Source: Octopus vulgaris (Eukaryota). Taken from it: a DNA stretch of 64,000 nucleotides. The stretch's first letter is position 1. Every line of letters starts with the position of its first letter. Both the position numbers and the translations under genes were made by a program. The stretch is from assembly GCA_951406725.2 (NCBI GenBank), contig OX597820.1, positions 108,748,001-108,812,000 on the forward strand, in the 5' to 3' direction. Shown in pieces: positions 24,270-37,089 of the stretch. The notes under the pieces are model-generated. The model did not search any database, had not been told where the DNA came from, and was given only the letters and a program-made list of their open reading frames with translations.

Positions 24270-25120
24270 ATACAGAGCAAATAATTCACGAGAAAAATGA
24301 TTTGCGAAGATCTCATTGACTCTGTTATTATCTAGTGTAACAATTTAAAAATAATATCAGAATCAATGATATAGTCAGTTGCAGGCCTCAAAAAAGCATT
24401 AAATAACTGAAGGACTAAAATTAATCAAAGGATAAGCTAAGTATGTCTACCTGCTGGAAATAACAGTCAACTCGTATTTAAATCGCCAAAATACACTTGT
24501 AATAACTACAGAAATCAACCGTCCAAAAGCAGATGGACAATCTCCCAGCATACATTCAAGTATTTGGACTCACATGGACTGGTTTCTGCACTGGCATAAT
24601 AGTCTCAGCATCCTCAGCATGTTGTTCCATGATAGAGAACTCCTACCCGTTGTGTTAAAGTCTTCGTTTTGCACTGAAAGCCACCAGTGTGAAAATAATT
24701 TCTATACAGAGCAAGTAATTCAAGAAAAAATAATTTGTGAAGATATCATTGACTCTGTTATTATCTAGTGAATTATTTGCTCCGTATTGAAATTATTTTC
24801 ACACTGGTGGCTGCCATTGATGTATGCTGGGAAATTGTCTTAGCTTGTTTGCCTTCAGACAGTTGATTTCTGTAGTTATTATTAGTGCATTTTGGTGATT
24901 TAAATAAGTTTTGACTGTTATTTCCTGTAGGTAGACATACTATGTCCTTTGATTAATTTTAATCCTTCAGCTATTTAATGCTTTTTTTGAGGCCTGCAGT
25001 TGCCTATATAATTGATTCTGTTATTATCATTTTTAAATTGTTACACTAGATAATAACAGAGACAATGATATCTTTGCAAATTAATTTTTCATGAATTATT
25101 TTCACACTGGTGGCTGCCAT
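24270..25120. repeat. Nested diverged inverted repeats
   Basis: ~24279-24556 is a diverged reverse complement of ~24818-25100. Inside, CCACCAGTGTGAAAATAATTTC.. (24681) pairs with ..GAAATTATTTTCACACTGGTGG (24810). Confidence 0.8.
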
Positions 25121-25309
25121 GATTTCGGCGCATAACAAATCATTTGCAGCGCAGACTTCAACACGATGGAGTGGAGGTTTCTATCATGGTAACACTTGCT
25201 GAGGAAGCTGAAGCTATTATGCCAGTGCAGAAACCAGTCTATGGCCTTATAGTCACCCATAATTTAAACAGCCACGAATTAGATAAGCTTAGGAAGGATC
25301 TAATTGCTT

Positions 25310-25500
25310 TCCGGGCATGGCTGTGTGGTTAGGGAGCTTGCTTCCTAGTTACATGGTTTCGGGTTCAGTCCCACTGCGTGGCACTTTGGGTAGGTGTCTT
25401 CACTATAGCCCCGAGCTGACCGGAGCTTTGTGATTGAACTCGGTAGGTGGAAGTTACTGCCGTGTGTGTATATGTGCGTGTAGGTGCTTGTGCCTCTCCC
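25310..25500 (+). mobile_element. tRNA-derived SINE
   Basis: TGGCTGTGTGGTTAGGGAGCTTGCT..GGTTCAGTCCCACTGCGTGGCAC, same family as 62011-62424. Confidence 0.8.
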
Positions 25501-26530
25501 AAAGAGAGAGAGAGGGAATGGGCTTACAGGTTACGATAGATACTAACCTGAAAAGTGTAGATTACTGAGATAAAAATTTAGATTTACAGTTAGATAAATT
25601 CAGACCTTACCGTAAGCCTAATGAAAAGCTATCTTATATTAGCAAAGAATCCAGTCCTCCACCAGTTAATATTAGGAACCCAGTCAGTAATGTAGGTAGA
25701 CGAATATCGTCAACTTCTTTGGATGAGACAGCATTTCAAAATGCTGCACCCTATTGCAATAATGCATTAAGGAATAGGGACTTCTCTGAGATCCAGTATA
25801 ACCCAGTTAATGCTGGCAGTAATACCACATGTAGAACTAGAACTAGGAGGGTTTTGTGGTTCAACCCAGCTTTTAATATGGCTGTAAAAACTAATATAGG
25901 TAGGGAATTCTTAAAATTAGTCTCTAAATATTTTCAGCCTAATCATAAGTTTTACAGAATATTTAATAGAAGAACGCTGAAGATTAGCTATTATTGTTGT
26001 AAAAACTTCACCTCTTTCATTAGCCAACACAACACTAAAATAATTACAAATAACCAGTGCCAATTCTGATCTGAAGAATTGCAATTGCAAAGCTGAGACC
26101 TCCTGTCCGTTGGAAGGAAAATGTCTGGAGAAAGGGATTGTGTATGGGGGCAAAGTACAAATAGAAGTCTCACATGAATATAAAACATATACAGGGGCTT
26201 CAGAAAATTCTTTCAAGACCAGATTTTATTCACATAGAAATTCCCCGAAAATAGGACAAAGACCAATCTGGCAAAACATGCCTGGGAATTGAAAGAAAAT
26301 GAAACCCGTCCTTTCAATGTGACATGGAAAATTTTAGATAAAGCATCACCTTTCAGACATTGTGCTCATAAAAGGCCCATCAAATGCGATTTATTCCTTT
26401 CGAAGAAACTCTTTATTTTATTCCAGGACAATAGCACTTTGAATCAAAAACACGAACTCTTAAGTTCCTGCAGGCATGCAACAAAATTTAAAATGTCAGC
26501 CAACAAAATACCATATGGATAGTATATATT
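25500..26530 (+). mobile_element. Penelope-like element 3' portion (RT thumb plus GIY-YIG endonuclease), decayed
   Basis: FRPYRKPN.., RRVLWFNPAFNMAVKTNIGREFLKLV..IFNRRTLKISY, CNCKAETSCPLEGKCL, IVY..TYTGASENSFKTRFYSH, and W.LKE..VTWKIL. Confidence 0.85.
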
Positions 26531-29065
26531 TTTTGAATCTTGTACTAGTTTCCAATACCACTGTGGAATTCGTGCTTTGTAGTATGTTTGTTTCGCATCG
26601 CAACAATATTGTATGTATTTCACCATATTCTTTAAGAAAGCCTTCGACTGTTATATATATTGTTCTATATTTAAGAGATGAGAAATTATTTACATTCGAC
26701 AAATATTTGTCCTCATCTTGTTTGTTGTTATATAAAACTGTATTATCTAATCGGTACGGAGCTGACATTATGTTTCAATGGAAACATATACAGAAACTCC
26801 ATCAAAAACTAGCTTGTCTTTCAAACCATCTAACTTTCTTATGTAGATGTAGAGACTCAAAGCTAATACCACCTGGCTCGAATATAATAACACCAGTGGA
26901 TTCATATAAAGCTAGAAGAGTAGCAGAAAGGGCAGGACATGCCCTCATCCGTGAGAGGATCCATTACAACCGTTGGAAAAGACATCAACTAAATAACGAA
27001 ATCAAAGAGAGTTTATCTTCCTTACGTAGGAAAATAACCAGAGATGATGATAGAAAGAGAATCCAACAAGATCTGGTAAAGTCGTACATGAAAGAATCTG
27101 AAATGATGAAGACACACCAGATTAAGAAGTTTATGAAACTCAAAGGTCAGAGAATGAAGACTGAAATCCATCACCCACATGTGAAAGCAGTAATTAATGT
27201 AAGTAGCCGACACCTAGAAAGCTCTGAAGAAGCAGTACTGAACAAAGGTCTCAACTTTGCGACAACCATCAAGTGAATTCCATACTTGGACATAATAGCC
27301 CCGATTGAAGAGATAACCGTAAAGATACCAACTAAAGTGGCAAGTGAGACAGGTACTGGAAAAAGTGAAACTTGCCAAATCAAACATCACTAAGGAAGAA
27401 AAGTTCACTATCAGAGTGACAATTCCATCATAATACTTCTGGCAGACAAGGGAAATGTTACAGTGGTGATGAACAAGTCTGACTGCTCAGAAAACTTGGC
27501 AAGTCTTATAAGTGATGGTAGCTACAGCAAAGTAAAGAAAGACCCTACTTTGAAAACAGAGAGGAAGTTCACAGATCTTGATCAATAACAAGATGATGAT
27601 GATGATGATGATGAAGTACAGACAACTGACTCAACACCACAGTAAACTACCACACATGTACGGTCTTCCTAAGACTCACAAGGATGGTATTCCATTAAGA
27701 CCTATAGTGAGCTGTAGAGATTCAGCATGTCATCCACTGAGCCGCTTCCTTGTGGATATAGTCAGTCTATTAGCAAGAAAGTCAACATCGTACGTGAAGA
27801 ATTCCACCCACTTCACAGAATTGATCAAGGATATGCCCATTGAATCCAACCAGATGGTGAGTCTAGATGTGATAATCCTGTTCACCAAAGTCCCAACTGG
27901 TGAAGCACCATTGGTGATTCAAGAAAAACTAGTGACAGACACCCATCTAAAAGAACGCACTAGTATACCAATAAGAAACTTCATGGAAATGTCGACCTTC
28001 TGTGTATAAATTACCTATTTCAGTATGGACACTGATATATATCGACAAGAGGAGGCTTTAGCTATGGGTTCGGCATTATCACTGGTAATAGCCAATATAT
28101 ACATGGAATAGTTTGAGAATTTGGCTTTAGGATCAACACCACTAAATCCAATACTATGGCTACGATATGTTGATGACACCTTTATACTCTGGCCCCACCA
28201 AGATGTCCAAGTGCTGTTAGATCATGTAAACTCAATAAAGCCATCCATACAGTTAAAAAAAGACAATCAGCTGACATTCTGGGACGTATTAATAGCACAC
28301 ATCAAGTATGTATTCAAGACATCCGTATACCGCAAACCGACCTTTACTGGACGATACCTCAACTTCAATTCCCACTTCAATACAGTGTAAAGAGAAGGAT
28401 TGCTCAGTGCCTAAAACATCATGCAAAGAATATAAGTAGCGATCGTGATACACACCACGAAGAAATGATCTGTTAAGCAACAACTACCCCGAAAGTATAC
28501 TATTCACTCCAATTATGAAGAAGAGAGAGGATGAGGCCAATAAACTGTCCACGGTTTGCCTATCCTATGTGAAAGGCCTCTCCGAAAAGATACAAAAGAT
28601 ATTTGGCCCATATGACATCAGGACAGTATTCAAAAGTAATACAACACTTCGTAAATATCTCCTTCGAGTAAAACCACCAATAGAAGAAAATATGACCAAA
28701 GACTGTGTTTACTTCATCTCATGCAGTTGTGGTAGGTTATACAAAGGTGAAACATGCTGCCCTCTCAAAATAAGGGTAGACGAACATCGCAAAGCTGTTA
28801 CACGAGGAAATATTGATAAATCGGGTATAGCTGATCATGTATGGAAAAACAGAGACCAACTCCCCTTGTGGGATGAAGTTAAAATAATAGACAGAGAACA
28901 CCACTGGAAAATACGAAAACTAAAAGAGCAGCACAATATGCTTGGACACAACAGCCTCCTAAGCAGACCAAATGCAAATATGAGCAGCATATGGGAACTG
29001 GTATTAAGGAAGGATAGAAAAATATTAGATTTATAAGCCCTAAAATTCACTCCATAATTGCCCAT

Positions 29066-29138
29066 GGGCATATGACGTAGTGGTTAAGAGTGTAGGCTGC
29101 TAACCCCAAGATTCTGAGTTTGATTCCAAGCAGTGACC
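29066..29138 (+). promoter_or_regulatory. tRNA-like segment with Pol III A/B-box-like motifs inside the PLE 3' region
   Basis: TGACGTAGTGGTTAAG (A-box-like), anticodon-like arm GGCTGCTAACCCC, GAGTTTGATTCC (B-box-like). Too degenerate to be a tRNA gene. Confidence 0.6.
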
Positions 29139-29221
29139 TGAACAATAACAACAATAATAATAATAATAACAACATCGAAAAATACCTTAGGAATGAGAAC
29201 CCAGGTTTGAAATTTCCCCAA

Positions 29222-29267
29222 GGCACCTGAAGAAGGCTGAAGGGTATATCTGCCGAAACATTGTGTT
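29222..29267 (+). ncRNA. Minimal hammerhead motif in the PLE terminal repeat (probably mutated)
   Basis: GGCAC-CTGAAGA-A-GGCTGA..TCTGCC-GAAA-CATT-GTGTT. Stem I is GGCAC/GTGTT, stem II is GGC/GCC. Stem III reads ACAT where a palindromic ACGT would be expected. Confidence 0.6.
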
Positions 29268-29629
29268 AACAACAAACGAGATGAGGACAAATATCAGTCA
29301 AATGTAAATAATGTTATATATATATTATTTTCAAGTTTAAACTTTTATTATTTTATTATATTTTATGAACCTATTTAATTGTTATATTTATAGATAATTC
29401 TATGCATGGTGCTGCATTTTACGAATGTCTTTTATCCAATTTTATTATTATATACACTGAGCATGTTGGATCTAGGTGTGTTTTTATGTGGATGCGTGTA
29501 TTGTAGGCATGCATATGTATTTGTATGTGTGCGTCTGTGTATATGTGTATGTTTATATTTACATACATAGTACATGGATGTATATGTGTATACACTTATA
29601 TTTGTGTGAATATGTATTTATGTACATAT

Positions 29630-32600
29630 CTAGTTCCGATAGCTTCGTCTTCTTTGTTTGTCTTAAGGTCATGCATATCCATTAATTGTCACATTTTATT
29701 TATTTTATTCAAGTTTATCATTTCGTTAATTCATTCTCCCTAAATTTGTCTAACCGTAGTATACAAGTACAGAAGATGCTCTCGTCTAAACTCATCGGCA
29801 TTTGCTGTTTCATTAAATTATGTTACCCAAAATCCCAAAGAATATTCGTCTTTCTCGCGTTGTATTTATTGCCTGACCCCTCTCTCTCTGCCTCACTGTC
29901 TCTCTCTCTCTCTCTCTCTTCGATTTACCACTGCTGTTTCTTTAAATCATGTTTCCCAAAATCCCCAAAATACATTTGTCTTAAGGTCATGCATATCCGT
30001 TAATTGTCACATTTTATTTATTTTATTCAAGTCTATCATTTCGTTCATTCATTCTCTCTAAATTTGTCTAACCATAGTATACAAGTGCAGAAGACGATGC
30101 TCTCGTCTAAATTTGCTGGCCCATGGTACACCCACCCTCCCATTTCTTCCACCTTTACTGGAAGTTCCTATCCTCTATCATCCTTGTGTACCTCCCGCAA
30201 ACACTTCTAAGGGCCTAACACCATCCCCACCCCTACGTAAAGTTTATCATTCATATAGCGCATAAAAATAGTGTGGCATATGCAGGTACATGACACTGCT
30301 GTCCCCCGTCCCAGGGTCTCACTGGCCCACACCTCCCACACCCTCAGAGTTGGCACACAATGTCGGCACACTGAAAGGTAGGTCTGGTGAGATTGTTGAG
30401 ATGCTTGAACGGAGATGTGTAGATTTGTGCTGCATCCAAGAAGTAAGGTGGAGAGGAGGTTCCGCTAGGTTCCTCACGGGCAAAGAACACAGTACAAGAT
30501 TTTCTGAGCAGGGAACACTGACAGGGTCGGGGTCATGGGTATACTTCTTGCGGAGAAATGGATTGATAAAGTAATCGAGGTAGTCAGAGTATGTGACAGA
30601 GTACTTAAGATTAGATTAGTGCTTCACCATAGGTCAGCTACCATTATCTCGGCCTATGCCCATCAACCGGGGCTACCGGAAGGGCAGGAAGACCGATTCT
30701 ATGACACCCTATTGTAGACTACCTCGTTGACAAATGGCAGGGGCCTTCTCTTTGTGGCTGGTGACTTCAATGGGCATGTTGCTCAGCATGTCAGGGGCTT
30801 CCATGGCATACATGGAGGCTACGGTTTTGGTTCTCGCAATGAGGAGGGAACCAGGCTGCTGGAGTTCTGCAATGCAAATGATCTTATGATTTGCAATACC
30901 AACTTCAGGAAACCCACCTCTCACCTAGTCACCTACCGTTCTGGCAGACACACTAGCCAAATTGACTACATCCTCGCCAGAAAAAGGGAAGGAGGGCTGC
31001 TTATAAATGCCAAACCTTCCCAGGCGAAGAATTTACCCCTCAACATAGATTAGTAGTTAGCGACTTCAGGATCAGGTCTAAATGGATGCCCAGAAGAAGA
31101 CCAGCTTGGAGGAGAAGGGTCTGGAAGCTTAAAGATCCTGCAAATGGACAGAGATTTAGAGACGTATTACTTGAACCCTTTGATGAAATAGAAGGGCATA
31201 TAGAATCACATAATGTGGAAGACAACTGGAGGTTTCTACGGGACAACCTACTGAGAGCCACTGACCAGATCTGTGGATGGTGCAAAGTCCCATCTCGACC
31301 CAAGATAACGTGGTGGTGGACTATGTGGTTGACAGGGCTATTAGACAAAAGAAGCAGGCTTGGAGGAAGCAGATTAAAAAAAATTTGTGAATGTTCTGCG
31401 CCGTGAGGACCAAAGACTTGAGGTATTTCGTGTTGCTAGACAGTGTGTGAAAGAGAAATGTGTCCGCATGGATGATGGTTCACTTGCACTAAATGAGGCT
31501 GCAAAGAGAGAGAGGTTTGGAGATGCCACTATGAAAGGTTGCTCAATAAAGAGAATGAATGAGAGAAAGAGAGTCTGCCGAATGTCGACCCAACAGATGG
31601 ACCAGCTATCTGAATTGACATTACTTTGGTAGATAAAGCAATCAAGAGTATGAAGACAAGGAAAGCCCCCGGCCCATCAGGAATCTCTGCAGAGATGCTC
31701 AAAATATCTGGCAGTGTCGGCTATGGCCTAGTCACCTGTATAGTTAACCAGGTGATACACAAAGGAGTCATACCCAATGACTGGTGTAGCAGCACCATAG
31801 TCAACTGCTACAAAGTTAAAGGTGATGCTTTAAATACAAATAATTACAGAGGTATCAAGTCGTTGGATCAAGTAATGAAGGTCACAGAGAGGGTCATAGC
31901 TCAACTAATTAGAGAGAGAGTCAGTTTAGATGAGATGCAGTTTGGGTTCGTGCCAGGGAAAAGCACCACTGATGCTATATTTCTGGTAAGACAGCTGCAG
32001 GAGAAATACCTAGCCAAAATAAACCTCTGTTCACTTGGAGAAAGCCTTTGACAGGGTCCTCCGATCCCTTATCTGGTGGTCAATGAGGAAACTAGGGATG
32101 GATGAATGGTTAGTGAGAGCTGTGCGAGCCATGTACAGGGACACCAACAGTAAGGTGAGGGTTAGCATCGAGTACAGTGAAGAATTCAGGGTAGAGGTAG
32201 GGGTCCACCATTGTTCAGTCCTCAGCCCCCTCCTTATTTATCATAGATGTGTGGAAGCAAGGATTAGAATCGAAGGGCCTTAGAGTCAACCTAGCTAAAA
32301 CCAGAGTCCTAATAAGTAGGAAGATAGACAAACCACAAACTCCTTTAGGTAAATGGCCCTGCTCGATCTGTAGAAAAGGCGTACATAGAAACTCTATAAG
32401 ATGTACCAAGTGTAAGCTATGGACACATAAGAGGTGCAGCAATATCAAAGGAAGGCTAACTAGGAAGATAGTTATTATATGTGGCAGATGCTCAGGAGCA
32501 ATAAACACTGAAAATGTGCAGAGAACAACTTCTGCCACATTCCAGGGAGAACTAGAAGTAGTTGATAGCTTCCATTACCTAGGTGACCAAGTCTATTGCG

Positions 32601-33560
32601 GGGGAGGGTGCGCTGAAAGTGTAGCTTCTAGAATAAGAATAGCCTGGGCAAAGTTCAAAGAGCTCTTACCTCTGCTGGTGACAAAGGGCCTCTCGCTCAG
32701 AGTAAAAGGCTGACTGTATGACATATGTGTACAAATAGCCATGCTACGTGGCAGTGAAACATGGGCCGTGACTGCTGACATGCGTAAGCTCACAAGGAAT
32801 GAAGTTAGTATGCTCCGATTGATGTGTAATATCAGAGTGTATACTCGACAGGGTGTTGGTACCTTGAGAGAAAAGTTGGACCTAAGAAGCATCAGTTGTA
32901 GTGTGCAATAGAGACGATTGCGCTGGTATGGTCATGTGGCGAGAATGGATGAGGAAAGCTGTGTGAAAAAGTGCCACACCCTAGCGGTTGAGGGAACCTG
33001 TGGAAGAGGTAGACTGAGGAAGACCTGGGATGAGGTGGTGAAGCACGACCTTTGAACATTAGGCCTCACCAAGGCAATGACTAGTTGTGTAACCAGCCCA
33101 CTTATGCGTACCTTTCCTTCTTTGGACTCTAAACTCTACTTGCAAAGACTTTTTGGGGCAAGTGAAATTGAAATTGAACCAAATTTGATGACTGGCACCC
33201 GTGCCAGTGGAGCTCTAACAGCTCCATCCAAGAGGGATCACTGCCAGAGCTGCTGCCTAGCTTCCGTACCAGTGGCATGTAAAAAGCACCATTTGAGCGT
33301 GATCGTAACCAGCGCTGCCTTACTGGTACATGAACAGAACATTCAAACAAGGTTGTTGCCAGTGCCGCTGGACTGACTCCTGTGCACGTAAAAAACACCA
33401 TTGCCAGTACCGCCAGACTGGCCCTCATGCCGGTGGCATGTAAAGGCACCCACTACACTCTCAGAGTGGTTGGCGTTAGGAAGGGCATCCAGCTGTAAAA
33501 ACTCTGCCAGATCAGATTGGAACCTGGTGCAGCCATCTGGTTTGCCAGTCCTCGGCCAGT
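29630..33560 (+). mobile_element. RTE LINE (APE endonuclease, RT, PHD-like finger), near full length, frameshifted and internally deleted
   Basis: NVGTL..LCCIQEVRW, AGDFNGH, SQIDY, KAPGPSG, NYRGI, QFGF..KSTTDAIF, EKAFDRV, CSIC..CTKC..HKRC..CGRC, RTE 3' UTR. Confidence 0.93.
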
Positions 33561-34244
33561 CTCTCGCTAGTTTTACCTCCTCCCTATGCTTAAGGTATAC
33601 TTTCTATTTCTCTTGTCTGTAATAACTGTCCTGTATTTGTGTATGTATTTGTCTTACATGTGTATGTAACCAAGAGATTTTATGTGCATGCATGTATGTA
33701 TACATATATGTATATGTGTGAACTTGTGTATATATTTATGTCTTATGTATGTCTGAATATATACTTAACTATGTACATGCATCTGTGTATTTTGGTGTAT
33801 ATATGTATATTATAGATGGTCTAGTATGCTTATATACAGCTTGAAAATTTACTTATATTTTGTATAATTGACTTATATTTTGTATAAGTGACTTATATTT
33901 TGTATATGATTATACAAATGATTATGTATTTGGAATGATTATGATTATGTATTTGGAATCTGTCCTTTGATTTAAGGTTTTCAATTTACCCACTCCTCTT
34001 AAAATACCTGACCTTATGCCAAAATTTAAAACCTCATTGTCTTTAAAATCTTTGAATAAATCTGCTATTAGTAACTTACATATTCATAACTATTTCATTA
34101 AATCTATTACATGCACACGCACACATATTATTTTTTTTTGAGTACATCACATTTAGTAGGTAAAATTCTTTATAAAAAAAAATATATTTTTGAATTGTCC
34201 TCAATATAGCTTAAAACCTGCACACGCAGTCATATCTATATATA

Positions 34245-34741
34245 CAGTGTGTCCCAGAATTATTTATTTATTTCAATGAAATCGGTCAAATTTTGAAAAG
34301 AAACTGACAGAATTTTATGTTTGTTATTTAGTTATGATACAAAAACAAATAGATTTATAAATCTTACCTGAAAATTTTCAACATTTGGTCTGTTTGTATC
34401 CCTGGAAGTTTCAAATTTATCCTTAGTGTTGCAAAACACATTTTGAAGCATTTCAGGGGTTATCTCCTACACTACTAACTAAATGTGTTCAGCTAAACTA
34501 TTGCTCCATCCTGGGTATGGAGGTAGAGAAAATGATTGAAGCCAAATTGAAAAAGAGCTGACAGGAATGAAAATAAAATTATAAAATCATTATAAAACAT
34601 AAAAATTATAATATTATAAACAAAATTAATAATTTATACACTTTTAACACATATTGAACATGATAAACATAAATAAAAGGGGAGTCTTTAAAAAAATTGC
34701 CCAATTGCACTGAAATAGATAATTAATTCTGGGACACCCTG
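34245..34741. mobile_element. Tc1/mariner-type MITE or deletion derivative
   Basis: About 50-bp imperfect TIRs CAGTGTGTCCCAGAATTA.. / ..TAATTCTGGGACACCCTG; TA on the left, TG on the right. Confidence 0.8.
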
Positions 34742-34791
34742 TGTATCTATATGTGTGTATACTTTTTTTTTTTTTTTTTTTCTTCTTGTAG

Positions 34792-34882
34792 TGTTTTACA
34801 CTGAACTTAGAGATACACTACTACGAGCTGAGGAAGAAAACATCAGGCCTGATAACCTTATTCTTGAAATAAATTCTTTGAA
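34792..34882 (+). CDS. EIF2B5: eIF2B epsilon exon (start of catalytic W2/HEAT domain): (M)FYTELRDTLLRAEEENIRPDNLILEINSL(K)
   Basis: Long poly-T tract plus tgtAG (34790-91), donor GTAAGT 34883; phase 1 to 2. Resembles human [31 protein letters not shown], including the conserved LEINSLK motif. Confidence 0.95.
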
Positions 34883-35774
34883 GTAAGTTTGCTGTTTTTT
34901 ACTAGTTGATCAAATACTCCTGTTCAATTAATTAATATAAGTTGTGAGGGAAACTTCACCTGAAAAATATATCAAACAAAGTTGATGCACAGTGTTTTTA
35001 AGTTTATATTACTGGAATGCTGAAAACAGTAGACTGAATGCAATTCCAGTTATTGTGTCTGTTGCGCACTGAATCTAGTTGACTGCCTTGTGTATCAAAC
35101 CGTTGTGATAGTGTAGGAAAGGCTATCAAATTGTAAAAGGGATTTGTTTTAATGGATGTTTCAGTTGCTGTTGTCTACAAGGTCTCATTATCATCATCTA
35201 CATTCTGGTCATAACTTTTTTTGCCATTATCCTCATCAAGCTCCACTACATTACTCCAGTGTATATTGTCTTACAACCCCTTTCCTACAAAACAGGAACC
35301 TTAAACATAATCTTCTCCCATATTTTTTGTATCCATTCACTTCAAATATTCTGTCATATAACAGAACTACGCATTCTATGTGACCATCTTGTCTTTTTCC
35401 TTAACACTATCAGTTATTTCAGACTGTATTAACTAATGGACCTATTTTTTTAAGGCTAGTGTGTAAGAAATTTTAACTACTGTTTCTAACTCCTTCATTG
35501 CTTTATATTTTTGCTGTTGTTTTTCTCTCTTCTCTGTTGTCCTTTAATCTATTTTCTTTCTTCTGTGTACTCATTACTTCTGTTTGAATGCACCAGTGAG
35601 GTCAATTTCTATGTACACCGCCAATAATAATTGCAAAGTCACAATAACTGTTGTACTGTGACCAATCCACCTTGCTTTCCTCTGCTGTAGTCACCACCAG
35701 AATTTACAGAATGGATGTGTGAGTCCTACTTAATTGTTTGACCAGATTATCTATGAGCTTATAATTCTGTTTAA

Positions 35775-35985
35775 CCCTTTTGTTACTGTATTTATTTTGA
35801 GATGCTCTATGTTCCTTTCAATTACTTTAAATATATAACAAAGAATTTAATCAAATAACTTAGTTATCATTCAACTAGTGTTAGGAACATAAATTGTGAC
35901 TGTTTGGTGGAAGATTTTAATTTAAAACTTACGAAAACAAGAGATTTGTACTCAGCCAATTTCAGCTGGGTTGGTAACAAATGGG
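35775..35985. mobile_element. piggyBac-type MITE (~210 bp)
   Basis: TTAA|CCCTTTTGTTAC ... GTAACAAATGGG|TTAA. Confidence 0.8.
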
Positions 35986-36165
35986 TTAATAAAAGCTAAT
36001 CTGGATTATGCCACGACCACCACCAGCTCCTTCCTAAATTAATGAGTTAGGATTAAAGGAGTCAATCTGCACAACCTATATGTGTTTGCTATGACAAAAC
36101 CCTAATGAGTAATTCCTTCTGGGTTTTTTTTTTTTTTCATATGTATTGCTTTTGGTTTCTTGCAG

Positions 36166-36286
36166 ACATTCCTACAATATTGCCATTAAAGAACTAAACC
36201 AAGCTGTCATGAGATTAACCATTGAAATGCCACTGACATCACTCAGCAATGCTAGTGCCAACCAGATACTGGCTGCCATTAAGATT
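36166..36286 (+). CDS. EIF2B5: eIF2B epsilon exon (W2 domain): (K)HSYNIAIKELNQAVMRLTIEMPLTSLSNASANQILAAIKI
   Basis: Acceptor ttgcAG 36164-65, donor GTAAGT 36287; phase 2 to 0. Resembles human [24 protein letters not shown]. Confidence 0.92.
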
Positions 36287-37089
36287 GTAAGTAGTCTGTC
36301 TTTAAATGAGAGAAGTTCATCCTTTTTTAATGTATGTGTCAATACCATGTCGATAACTGTGTCTATGTTTATATGAACAGTTGAAGGAAAAGGGTAAGAT
36401 GATAGAAGTATATCAGACTATTGGCTCATTAGTTCCTATTTCATCATTTCAGGCACTTCCTTATGCCTCTGGATCAAGAAATGTTCAGTGTAAGAATAAT
36501 TTGGTACTGAATCACAGGTAGCACTGTGAAATTGTCAAGTGGATTAACTGACTGTGCTTTGTGTTCTAGTCTTTTGGTCAGTGTGAATGGACCCCTTACA
36601 CAATCTCAAATTAGTTTTTTTGCTTACTTTTCATTTTGGTCTCTGGTTCTAATTACAAAAGTTATGCAAAAAACACTATTCACAACCTGGTGACATCTTT
36701 AGCCATAAAAATTTCCTATATGTTTGTGTATTTACATCATCATCATTTAGCATCCATCCTCCATGCTGGTATGGGTTGGATAGTTTGGCAGGAGCTGATA
36801 AACCAGAAGACTGTGCCAAGCTCCACTGTGTGCTTTGGCATGGGTTTTACTTTTTAGATTGGACTGGGTGATTTTTATGTGGCGCCAGTGAGATACCAAG
36901 TAATTTGCAAGACAATGATCCCTCTTCACACACATGCATCATACAATCTATCTTTTACTCTGAGTGAGATGTGTGTGTGTGTGTATATATAAGGAATAAG
37001 GAGAAATAGAAAATAGAAAAGGATATATGAAAACCTAAAATGTTTAACGTTTAATGCACAAAATATACATTGTATGAAAACTAACAATA

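Larger units (their letters stand above)
26660..29315 (+). mobile_element. Penelope/Poseidon-type PLE, near full length, pseudogenised, with inverted partial terminal repeat at the 5' end
   Basis: LNKGLNFA, ADKGN.TV, YGLPK.HKDGIPLRPIV, AMGS.LS, LRYVDDTF, VYRKPT; GIY-YIG-like CVYFISCSCGRLYKGET..RVDEH. 26685-26730 is the reverse complement of 29267-29312. Confidence 0.92.

Noticed and set aside
26530-26650. Possible minus-strand hammerhead half GAAAC-TA-GTA-CAAGA
   Set aside because: No matching upstream core or stem I strand could be found by eye.
29066-29138. Functional tRNA gene (also the SINE heads at 25310, 37400 and 62400)
   Set aside because: Acceptor and T stems are imperfect and the sequences are embedded in repeats; they are treated as tRNA-derived.
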